Assembly (NCBI GenBank): GCA_041736775.1
Contig: JBGSSY010000232.1
Location: forward strand, 1 to 37,027
Direction: 5' to 3'
DNA: 37,027 nucleotides
Source: Bdellovibrionales bacterium
Lineage (GTDB): Bacteria; Bdellovibrionota; Bdellovibrionia; Bdellovibrionales; JAGQZY01
Shown: piece by piece, positions 25,206-33,126 of the stretch
Layout of the letters: each line of letters starts with the position of its first letter
How positions within the stretch are numbered: position 1 is the stretch's first letter
Translations under genes and position numbers: made by a program
Notes under the pieces: generated by a model
Databases searched by the model: none
What the model was told of the DNA's origin: nothing
Seen by the model: the letters and a program-made list of their open reading frames with translations, nothing else

Positions 25206-27137
25206 ATGTTTAGGGTAAAAAAATTGATACTAAACGAGTTTGGACCATATAAAGGCAGGCAAGAGATTGTTTTCCCTGAAACAGATGGAGTGGTTGTTTT
25301 TTTTGGTGAGAACGGTCGTGGTAAAACCTCACTACTCAATGCTATTCGGTTCGTACTATTTGATCGGATTCTTGGTCGTGGATCTAGAACTGTTGATTAC
25401 AAAAATATTCTAAACTGGGAATCCGCAGCAGAAGGAAAAAAGGAGTTTTCAGTCGAATTGGAGTTCTCTTTCAATGATGAGGATTTTCATCTTATAAGAG
25501 TTTGTTTGCCATTTTCGGGTCCGTCTCAAAAAACAGAGACCTTTCTTAGGCGAAAAGGTGTGAGCCTTGCTCCTGATTTAGCTCAAAAAACAATATCCAA
25601 AATTATGCCAGAACAGGTTTCAAGATTCTTTCTGTTTGATGGTGAACTTCTTCAAGAATATGAAGATCTGCTTTTGGAAACAAATCAAAGTGTAGGCATT
25701 AAGGATGCTATCGAGAGAATACTAGGGGTACCAATTTTAACCAATGCGATTTCGCATTTACAAGACTCTTTAAGAGAAGCGAAGAGAACTGAAGCAAGGT
25801 CGCTAGAAAGTGTTAGTAAAACAAAACATATTGGTGAGGCGTTAAAGCAACTTCAAGAAATTGAATCATCGCTTGAAATTGACAAGAAACAGGTTGAGCG
25901 TGATTTAGCTCAAGCTAGGATTGAAAAACTCGCTTGTGAGTCGGTTATGCGAGAAAACGAAAAAGCTGGTGAAGTGATAGGAAGAAAAAGTGTCCTCGTA
26001 AGCGAAGTTAGAGACATGAAGGGCGACTTGGGACAGCTTGAAGCTGATCTTAGTCAGCAATCTAAGTTTATGTGGCTTATGCCGTTGAAGCAAAAAATTC
26101 AGGAGCACCTCAAACAATTACTTCTTGATCAAGACAAGATTATACAGGGTTTTGGAAATCAAGTGAAAGCTACGTTGGCAAAAAGAAGCGCACAGGAGGG
26201 GCACTGTGCTCTCTGTAGCACATCACTGATCGAAGGAATAAGAAAAGATTTAGATTTATTCGCGGATGGTATTCTTCAAGAAAATAATACTTCCATAAGT
26301 GGTATCCAAGTGAACGGAGGAAGGATACAAAAGCTACAAGATATTATTAGCAAGTCCGATACAAATTTTGTTCAACATTTAATCGAACAAATAAGGTTAA
26401 AGAAAAACAGAATCCATGAAAAAGAAATTGAAATTATTGACTTAGAAAAACAACTTATTGGTATAGATGAAAAAGAAATTTCATCTAGTAAGATAAGATT
26501 TGAGCGAGTAATAAAAGAGATATCTAATCTCGAATTGCAACTTAGCAAGATTCAAACAGATCTCGCAACCAAGCGAGTTGAAATTCAGGAATATCAAAAG
26601 AGTCTTGGTAAAGTTAGTGAAAAAAGTAGTTCAAAGGACACTTTGAGAAGATCTTTTTACGATCAACTTTTACAAGTTTTTGGTTCTGGATTAGATATGT
26701 ATAGAGATCGACTGCGACATCATGTAGAAAAAGAATCTACAGCATTATTTCGCGGATTTTCCAGTGATAAGGACTATGAAAAACTAAAGATTAATCAGAA
26801 CTACGGATTAACGATTGTACACCATGATGGAACGGAGATTCCGGTTAGATCCGCTGGATTTGAACATATTGTTGCGCTTTCTTTAATGGGGTCTCTTCAA
26901 AAAAATGCCCCGCTGAGGGGTCCAATTTTTATGGATAGTCCGATGGGTAGATTGGATAGAGCTCATAAAGTTAATGTCACCAAAGGATTACCACTTATGT
27001 CTACTCAGGTTGCTTTGCTGGTATATGAAGACGAGATAAGTCAAGACGATGTTGTTGAGATATTGGGATCAAAATTATTGAAAAGATATCATTTGAAAAG
27101 AATTTCTGCGCGGCACACCATCATAGAGGAGAAATGA
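25206..27137 (+). CDS. DndD-type SMC/Rad50-like ABC ATPase
   Basis: N-terminus LNEFGPYKGRQEIVF...FFGENGRGKTSLLNAIRFVLF (Walker A). FFLFDGELL (Q-loop region). Long heptad-like middle with CALC at aa 334-337. C-terminus IFMDSPMGRLD...QVALLVYEDEI matches the DndD family D-loop/Walker B region as I remember it. Confidence 0.75.
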   Translation: MFRVKKLILNEFGPYKGRQEIVFPETDGVVVFFGENGRGKTSLLNAIRFVLFDRILGRGSRTVDYKNILNWESAAEGKKEFSVELEFSFNDEDFHLIRVCLPFSGPSQKTETFLRRKGVSLAPDLAQKTISKIMPEQVSRFFLFDGELLQEYEDLLLETNQSVGIKDAIERILGVPILTNAISHLQDSLREAKRTEARSLESVSKTKHIGEALKQLQEIESSLEIDKKQVERDLAQARIEKLACESVMRENEKAGEVIGRKSVLVSEVRDMKGDLGQLEADLSQQSKFMWLMPLKQKIQEHLKQLLLDQDKIIQGFGNQVKATLAKRSAQEGHCALCSTSLIEGIRKDLDLFADGILQENNTSISGIQVNGGRIQKLQDIISKSDTNFVQHLIEQIRLKKNRIHEKEIEIIDLEKQLIGIDEKEISSSKIRFERVIKEISNLELQLSKIQTDLATKRVEIQEYQKSLGKVSEKSSSKDTLRRSFYDQLLQVFGSGLDMYRDRLRHHVEKESTALFRGFSSDKDYEKLKINQNYGLTIVHHDGTEIPVRSAGFEHIVALSLMGSLQKNAPLRGPIFMDSPMGRLDRAHKVNVTKGLPLMSTQVALLVYEDEISQDDVVEILGSKLLKRYHLKRISARHTIIEEK

Positions 27138-27138
27138 T

Positions 27139-27492
27139 ATGTCAAATAAAGACAAGGTAACGATTGGGCTTACTCAAGGTGGTAAGGCATGTTTAGACCG
27201 AATTTTAAAATTAGGGTGGTTTAACCATGATATGGATTTAGCAAAATTCGCTATGGCTTTTGCTATAGCAAGAAAAGTTATTCCGGGTGAAGCGAAAGGT
27301 GCGGCCACTGTTTGGAATGTTGGTTCACTTGACTCCGATGGTTCTGTATCTACAATTATCCAAGAGCTTTGTGGCGAACGAGAATCTCCGTACAAATTAG
27401 CCGAACATCTAATAGATGAGGGCTTGAAATTAATTGTTGAGCAAATTAATGCTAGACCTGAAATTAGCTTAGAAGAATTATTAGCTACATAG
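27139..27492 (+). CDS. small protein in the DndE position (DndE-like?, unverified)
   Basis: 117 aa with a GAGGAG RBS; the start is 1 nt after the ATPase stop. Its size and its position directly after a DndD-type gene mirror dndD-dndE. Sequence similarity to DndE could not be verified by eye. Confidence 0.4.
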   Translation: MSNKDKVTIGLTQGGKACLDRILKLGWFNHDMDLAKFAMAFAIARKVIPGEAKGAATVWNVGSLDSDGSVSTIIQELCGERESPYKLAEHLIDEGLKLIVEQINARPEISLEELLAT

Positions 27493-27504
27493 TTATTATT
27501 AAAA

Positions 27505-27541
27505 ATCTCCTTTTTTAAATAGGAGATAATTTTTTGTTTTT
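27505..27541 (+). terminator. rho-independent terminator of the five-gene operon
   Basis: ATCTCCT (27505-27511), 9-nt loop, AGGAGAT (27521-27527), followed by AATTTTTTGTTTTT. Confidence 0.65.
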
Positions 27542-27770
27542 GATTGGCACTCAAAAATTAAATGCATTGTAAAAATAGTTTCCCCAGCAGTAAAGTTTAA
27601 AAAAGTAGACACGAATTTATTTTTTTGATGGAGTTTTCAGGAGTAATCACGCCACTCGATTTTAGTTTATTTAAAAATGATCGCTATTAAATTTTAGTAT
27701 ATTATAAAAATATATACCAATTCAAATTTACTAAAGTACTGAATTCATTCGACATTAGTAAATACATTAA

Positions 27771-27832
27771 TTTGGCTGTCCAGTTATTTTAGGCTATACA
27801 TTTTTATAGCCTAAAATAACTGGACAGCCAAA
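27771..27832. repeat. perfect 28-bp inverted repeat with a 6-nt loop (62 nt)
   Basis: TTTGGCTGTCCAGTTATTTTAGGCTATA (27771-27798), catttt, TATAGCCTAAAATAACTGGACAGCCAAA (27805-27832). Ends 23 nt before the ATG at 27856. Confidence 0.9.
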
Positions 27833-27855
27833 CTTTCTATGTATATATGATTTGA

Positions 27856-28257
27856 ATGACAGAACTTGAGTACCAAACAAACTTGACTAGCTACCTGAAT
27901 AAACGGCTTGCACGTGTCAGAGCTTGGCCTGTGAAGGGACGTAAAACAACCTTCCTCGGCCGTAGTCTTTATCCTGATCTTGAATTTGAGTCAGATATAG
28001 CGGGAAGGTTAGATGTTATTGCTATTGTTGAACTTAAAGTTAGAGGAAGATTAAATCTTTATCAACCTATGTTATATGCAATTTTAAAAAATGCTCCAGC
28101 CTACTGTATAGTCGATGGGAAAAGAAGAACTTCGATTAGATGGTTCATCAATCCTCTTTCTTCAAAAAAAAATTTAATAAATCAAAAAAAGTTTAGCAAG
28201 GTACTTTATGAAATAAAAATAGCAATAGAGGACTTTAATTATAATAATTTTATTTAG
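27856..28257 (+). CDS. small PD-(D/E)xK-fold nuclease-like protein
   Basis: 133 aa. YPDLEFES ... LDVIAIVELKV gives a PD...D...ExK arrangement. No obvious SD sequence. Confidence 0.45.
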   Translation: MTELEYQTNLTSYLNKRLARVRAWPVKGRKTTFLGRSLYPDLEFESDIAGRLDVIAIVELKVRGRLNLYQPMLYAILKNAPAYCIVDGKRRTSIRWFINPLSSKKNLINQKKFSKVLYEIKIAIEDFNYNNFI

Positions 28258-28265
28258 GAGAGAAT

Positions 28266-29549
28266 ATGAAAAAAAATGGGTTTGATAAACAGAAAAGACT
28301 TTTTGAATTAATTGATCAGCTTATAGGAGATCTTCCAAAGCTAGTAAGGAAAGGGAACGGTGCTCCAAAAGCCGCAGAGGCTAAAACTCGTCACGATTTC
28401 GAAGATGTAAGGACCGGTGCTAAAATTACTCATGTGCATTTAGAGCTAAGAGATTTTATTAAAGTATCATCACTGAATGATAATTTTTTTCAACGAAAAC
28501 TACAAAACCATTTAACTGATAAGATTTATAAGAACTTAATAATATCTATTTTACAAGGTCACCTCATTCCAGAGCTTAGAGTTGCGGTTCTTATGCACAA
28601 ATCTAAAGTAACGGCCTTTGATAAAAATGAATTTTTAGCCGCAACTTATAAGGTGTCAATAATTGATGGTCTTCAGCGATATGGATGCTTTTTGATTGCA
28701 ATGTTTCTTGCTGCAAGAGGACAGGATTTGGTTACTGAAAATATAATTAGTCCAGCTGTATATAAAGAGTTTGAGCAATACCTCGGGGTTGACTCTTTAG
28801 AAAAAGTTCTCGCTTCAAAAATTAGATTAGAGGTTTATTACAATCTAGAAATTAAAGACTTACTGAAATATATGATTATATTTAACACAGCTCAAAGAAG
28901 AATGTCTTTGAACCATCAGCTTGAAATCATGGAAGGTACTATACTTCAAAACTTAAAAGAAAATCATAAAGCAAATTTTATTCGAGATACTGATGCTGGC
29001 TCTAAGAAAAACCAATTCACAGGTGCAGACTTAGTATTGGCAATACAAGCTTACCTTCAGCAAGACCATACAATATCTAAAAATGCGACCACTGATGATC
29101 TATTTCATAGCATGAAAAGTGACGATAAGATTGTTGATGATAAAATTGATGAAATTTGCAAAGGCATCTCTTTAATAACAAATAAATTACATCCTGTGGT
29201 TAAAGAGTTTTACGAAGAAACAGAGGAAAGTAAATACATGAACATTCTGCCGGGTAGCACGAGCCAATTTATGGTTCCTATGATGGCTAGTCTCGGTACT
29301 TATACCGAGCGAGAGGGGAATGATCAAAAGTTGATAGTTAGATCAATAAATCGCATTTTGAATTTATATAAAGAGGGGAATGATGTTTTTGAGCTTGAGG
29401 AGTACTATAAGATCACTGACGAAATTAAAAGTAGTCGAGGTGCTACTATAAAAAATATGGCAGAGAGGGCGTTTAGAGATTTTTGGTTCGATAAAACAGC
29501 TACCTCACTAAACTGGCAATATGCTTATAAGACTATTCGCAATAACTAG
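28266..29549 (+). CDS. ParB/sulfiredoxin-fold protein of the DndB / DUF262 (DGQHR/DGQQR) type
   Basis: VSIIDGLQRYGCF (DGxQR motif) and downstream IIFNTAQRRMSLNHQ (FxxxN...L motif). AGGAGAG RBS, 8 nt after the previous gene. Confidence 0.55.
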   Translation: MKKNGFDKQKRLFELIDQLIGDLPKLVRKGNGAPKAAEAKTRHDFEDVRTGAKITHVHLELRDFIKVSSLNDNFFQRKLQNHLTDKIYKNLIISILQGHLIPELRVAVLMHKSKVTAFDKNEFLAATYKVSIIDGLQRYGCFLIAMFLAARGQDLVTENIISPAVYKEFEQYLGVDSLEKVLASKIRLEVYYNLEIKDLLKYMIIFNTAQRRMSLNHQLEIMEGTILQNLKENHKANFIRDTDAGSKKNQFTGADLVLAIQAYLQQDHTISKNATTDDLFHSMKSDDKIVDDKIDEICKGISLITNKLHPVVKEFYEETEESKYMNILPGSTSQFMVPMMASLGTYTEREGNDQKLIVRSINRILNLYKEGNDVFELEEYYKITDEIKSSRGATIKNMAERAFRDFWFDKTATSLNWQYAYKTIRNN

Positions 29550-29590
29550 ATGTGCTAAATTGTATTCAAATATTTAAGGATTAATATCTA

Positions 29591-32500
29591 ATGCAAAAGA
29601 AAAAAAATGAAAAATTAGTTTTTTCGCCAACTGATTTGAGTCGATACTTCGAGAGTAAGTTTTCATCTTGGATGGATCATTATGAGAAGTTGTTTGAAAA
29701 CAGTGGACCATTAGGTAAGATTCATAGAAATCCACCCGATGATTTATTGTCACTTTTAAAACAGCAGGGTTTGGAGCACGAATCTAGGGTAATTGATCGG
29801 GAAAAAATAAAAAATAAGTTCATAAAAATTGATGGTGAATCCACTGAGGAGAAAATAAAAAATACAATCTCGGCTATGGGGGCAGGTTTTGATTTAATAT
29901 ATCAAGGAGCATTAAGTTCTGAAACATTTTTTGGCTATGCAGACATTCTTCAGAAGAAGAAGGGTACTTCGTCTTTGGGAGAACATTACTACGTTCCTTA
30001 TGATGTAAAATTATCATCTGTTGCTAAACCAACTGCAATAATTCAGCTTCTTACCTATTGTGATTTACTAAAGTCTATCCAAAATAAAATTCCAGATGAG
30101 ATTGGTGTAATTACCAAAGATGAATCGTTGCATTTGTTCAGTGTATCTAGTTTTTATCATTTTTTCTGTTTTTTCAGAGATGATTTTCTTAATTTTCATA
30201 GATATTTTGACCCTTCGAGACAACCTTTGCCTGAAAAGACAAAAGATCATCGTGACTGGTCAATCTATGCAAAAAAAATACTTCATGAAAAAGATGATGT
30301 GGCATTAACAGCTAAGCTTAGAGCTACTCATTTAGAAATTCTTAAACAAGAGGGCATATTCACTTTAACTAAACTTTCGGAGTTCGAGGGGGTTAAGTTG
30401 AAAGGAATTCCCGATGAGACGCTTACCACTTTAAAAAAGCAGGCTAAGCTACAAGTCGCATCAAAGGGGAAGAGACCCCCGCTTTACGAAGTATTGCCTC
30501 ATAGTGGTAGAATGGGTCTGTCGATGTTACCGGAGCAAACGGATGACGATATTTTTTTTGATATGGAAGGATATCCTCTAATAGGAAAATCAGGTTTAGA
30601 ATATTTGTATGGCTTTGCAAATAGAAGTCGTAAGTATGAAACTATATGGGCGTATTCTACCTCAGATGAAGCAGTTTCGTTCAAAAAATTTGTAGAGCTT
30701 ATTCATGTTAAATGGATGTCAAACAGATCAATTAAAATTTATCATTATGGTCATTATGAACCGTCAACTTTAAAGAGATTAATGGGTCAATATGGTTTAT
30801 GCGAAAGAATGATAGATGATTTACTTCGGTCAGAAGTGTTTGTAGATCTTTATCAAATTTTGAAACAGTCCTTACTTATTGGGACATATTCATATAGTCT
30901 TAAGTCAATAGAATCCCTCTATTATCCTGAAAGAGAAACTATTGTTTCTAGCGGTGCGGACTCAGCTGTTGAGTTTTCTAAGTGGCTTATTGAAGGTGGT
31001 GATCCAAGAAAGTCTAAATTTTTGAGTCGGATCGAAGATTATAATCGAGATGATTGTTTTTCTACTCTTGATCTTGAGCGTTTTTTAAGAAAGATAAAGA
31101 AAGAGATGGGAATAAATTATATTCCAATTAATTCAGATGAGAAATTAAAAAGAGAAGAAGATCCTGACGCCTTAAAGACAATTTGTTCGTCTCAAGCAAA
31201 AAGAATGCTTGAGTCCATTGATAAAAAGTTTTTAGGATTAAGTTTTGAAAATGCCGATATACCATCGTACGTCTGTGAACAGATAGCACATTGCTTGGAT
31301 TTTGTAAGAAGAGAGGAAAATCCTGAATGGTGGGATTTTTTTTCATTACATGATATTTCACAAGAAGATTTGCGTGAATCCCCAGACGCCCTTATTAACG
31401 TTAGAATTAAAAGTATTTCAGGCAAAGAGTATATTTGTGTTTTTGATTTAGCTCAAGATTCTAAATTTCACAAAAGCTCAAGCGTAAGAGTTCTGGAAAA
31501 CCAATCTCCAAATGAAAAATTAAATGTTGAAAATATTGATTATTCTCGTGGAGAGATTGTCTTGTCTGGAAAATTTTCATCTTTGCCTAATGATTATTTT
31601 ACTCTTGCTCCAGGTAAAGTTTTTTTTAATAAAGACATGATTTTGAAAGCATTGCTAAAGATTGCATTGAGCTTTGATAAAACAAAAAAATATTTTGGTT
31701 TGAAAAAATGTGTTCACGATATTCTGATCAAGTCGAGTCCAGATATTAAAGGTCGGAAATCAGATGAACCTCTAATTAGTGGTCAAAATGCAATTCCAGA
31801 ATTAACAGACCTTGTCTTGAAGATGAATAATACTATTTTGTGCATTCAGGGGCCTCCTGGAACGGGAAAGACTTACACGGGTTCACGGATTATTAGTGAA
31901 TTGTTTAAGAGAAATAAGGTGGTAGCTATTTCAAGCAATTCTCACAAGGCAATGAATCACTTAGCTCTCAAAGTATCTGAGATGAATCCTAGGTCTAGAA
32001 TAATTAAGCTATCATCTGGTGATAAACTTAAAGAGGATAAAATACAGTTTGAAGGAACTAATATTGAAGTTAAAACAACAAGTGTAAAACAAAGTGAACT
32101 TGGCTCCTACGATTTAATAGTTGGTACTGTTTACTATCTCTCAAAACTTGAAAATGCTGTAGATTACTTGTTTATTGACGAGGCTACACAAGTTGCTCTG
32201 CCTAATCTCTTGGCTATGGCGAACTGTACAAGTAATATTTTACTATTAGGTGATCAGATGCAGCTTGAGCAACCTATCAAAGGGGCCCATCCAGGGGAAA
32301 GCGGTAACTCTGCGCTTGTCCACTTAACAAACGGCAGAAAAACTGTAGAACGGAGTTTTGGAATTTTTTTAGAAACTACTTATAGAATGCATCCAGAAAT
32401 TTGTTCATTTATTAGTGAGGAGTTTTACGATTCACGATTGTTTTCACATCCTGATACAGTGAAACAAAAAATTCTTTGGAATTTACATAAACAAGCGGGT

Positions 32501-32995
32501 CTTTTATATATGCCTATTGAGCATATTGGAAACACTCATGCTTCGCTTGAAGAAGTTAAATGTATTAAAGATTTATTTAGTGAAGCACTTAAATCTGAAT
32601 GGATTAACGAGAAAGGTGAGTCTAAGCTCGTGACCTATGAAGACATACTTATAGTTGCACCTTACAATCACCAAGTAGCACTTTTAAAGGAAGCTTTGCC
32701 AGATAAAGCTAGGGTTGGAACTGTTGATTTATTTCAAGGGCAGGAGGCAGCTATCGTTATTACTTCAATGTGTTCGTCTACATTAGAGGATGCGCCAAGA
32801 GGGCCTAATTTTTTACTTAATAGCAATAGAATAAACGTTGCGATTTCTCGGGCTAAAGCATTGTCTATTGTCGTCGGATCTCCAAGTCTAGCCAGTGGAC
32901 AGAGTTCATCTATTGCATCTATGAAATTGATTTCTACTTATTGCCATTTAGTTATGGTGTATTTTGATAAATTAAAAATTAAGAACAAAGGTTAA
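29591..32995 (+). CDS. RecB-like (TM0106-family) PD-(D/E)xK nuclease + RNaseH-like domain + SF1B (Upf1/DNA2-like) helicase
   Basis: N-terminus FSPTDLSRYFESKF, GLEHES, GYADIL...YVPYDVKLS. Middle DIFFDMEGYP, IYHYGHYEPSTLKRL, YNRDDCFST. C-terminus GPPGTGKT (I), FIDEATQ (II), GDQMQL (III), TYRMHPEI, VDLFQGQEA (V), RINVAISRAK (VI). Confidence 0.8.
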   Translation: MQKKKNEKLVFSPTDLSRYFESKFSSWMDHYEKLFENSGPLGKIHRNPPDDLLSLLKQQGLEHESRVIDREKIKNKFIKIDGESTEEKIKNTISAMGAGFDLIYQGALSSETFFGYADILQKKKGTSSLGEHYYVPYDVKLSSVAKPTAIIQLLTYCDLLKSIQNKIPDEIGVITKDESLHLFSVSSFYHFFCFFRDDFLNFHRYFDPSRQPLPEKTKDHRDWSIYAKKILHEKDDVALTAKLRATHLEILKQEGIFTLTKLSEFEGVKLKGIPDETLTTLKKQAKLQVASKGKRPPLYEVLPHSGRMGLSMLPEQTDDDIFFDMEGYPLIGKSGLEYLYGFANRSRKYETIWAYSTSDEAVSFKKFVELIHVKWMSNRSIKIYHYGHYEPSTLKRLMGQYGLCERMIDDLLRSEVFVDLYQILKQSLLIGTYSYSLKSIESLYYPERETIVSSGADSAVEFSKWLIEGGDPRKSKFLSRIEDYNRDDCFSTLDLERFLRKIKKEMGINYIPINSDEKLKREEDPDALKTICSSQAKRMLESIDKKFLGLSFENADIPSYVCEQIAHCLDFVRREENPEWWDFFSLHDISQEDLRESPDALINVRIKSISGKEYICVFDLAQDSKFHKSSSVRVLENQSPNEKLNVENIDYSRGEIVLSGKFSSLPNDYFTLAPGKVFFNKDMILKALLKIALSFDKTKKYFGLKKCVHDILIKSSPDIKGRKSDEPLISGQNAIPELTDLVLKMNNTILCIQGPPGTGKTYTGSRIISELFKRNKVVAISSNSHKAMNHLALKVSEMNPRSRIIKLSSGDKLKEDKIQFEGTNIEVKTTSVKQSELGSYDLIVGTVYYLSKLENAVDYLFIDEATQVALPNLLAMANCTSNILLLGDQMQLEQPIKGAHPGESGNSALVHLTNGRKTVERSFGIFLETTYRMHPEICSFISEEFYDSRLFSHPDTVKQKILWNLHKQAGLLYMPIEHIGNTHASLEEVKCIKDLFSEALKSEWINEKGESKLVTYEDILIVAPYNHQVALLKEALPDKARVGTVDLFQGQEAAIVITSMCSSTLEDAPRGPNFLLNSNRINVAISRAKALSIVVGSPSLASGQSSSIASMKLISTYCHLVMVYFDKLKIKNKG

Positions 32996-33126
32996 GAAAA
33001 TAAATCTTTATCAAAGATGCTTATTTAAAGCTTAGAAGACTTAGGTGAAGATGCCGTCGAGCGAATTATCTAAAGATTAAAACAAATTTACTGTTTCAAT
33101 CTTTCTTGCATTTTTCATTAATTTAT

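Noticed and set aside
27771-27832. Retron msr/msd, CRISPR repeat or transposon terminal inverted repeat as an explanation for the 28-bp palindrome
   Set aside because: There is no reverse transcriptase, cas or transposase gene in the window. There is only a single copy and no array-like repetition.
25206-29549. Calling the DndD-like, 117-aa and DGLQR proteins a canonical dndBCDE or sspABCD phosphorothioation system
   Set aside because: No ORF in the window has DndC/SspD PP-loop or DndA/SspA cysteine-desulfurase features. The gene order and partners (PLD-helicase, methyltransferase, RecB-like helicase) also differ. Only family-level resemblance is claimed.
19777-32000. Short nested or antisense ORFs in the regulatory and cargo region (19777-20001, 19939-20223, 21071-21271, 21830-22072, 23415-23609, 25905-26117, 27174-27554, 30068-30250, 30120-30308, 30499-30684, 31128-31361, 31192-31425)
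   Set aside because: All lie within longer motif-bearing ORFs. 27174-27554 also runs through the terminator. None has independent support.
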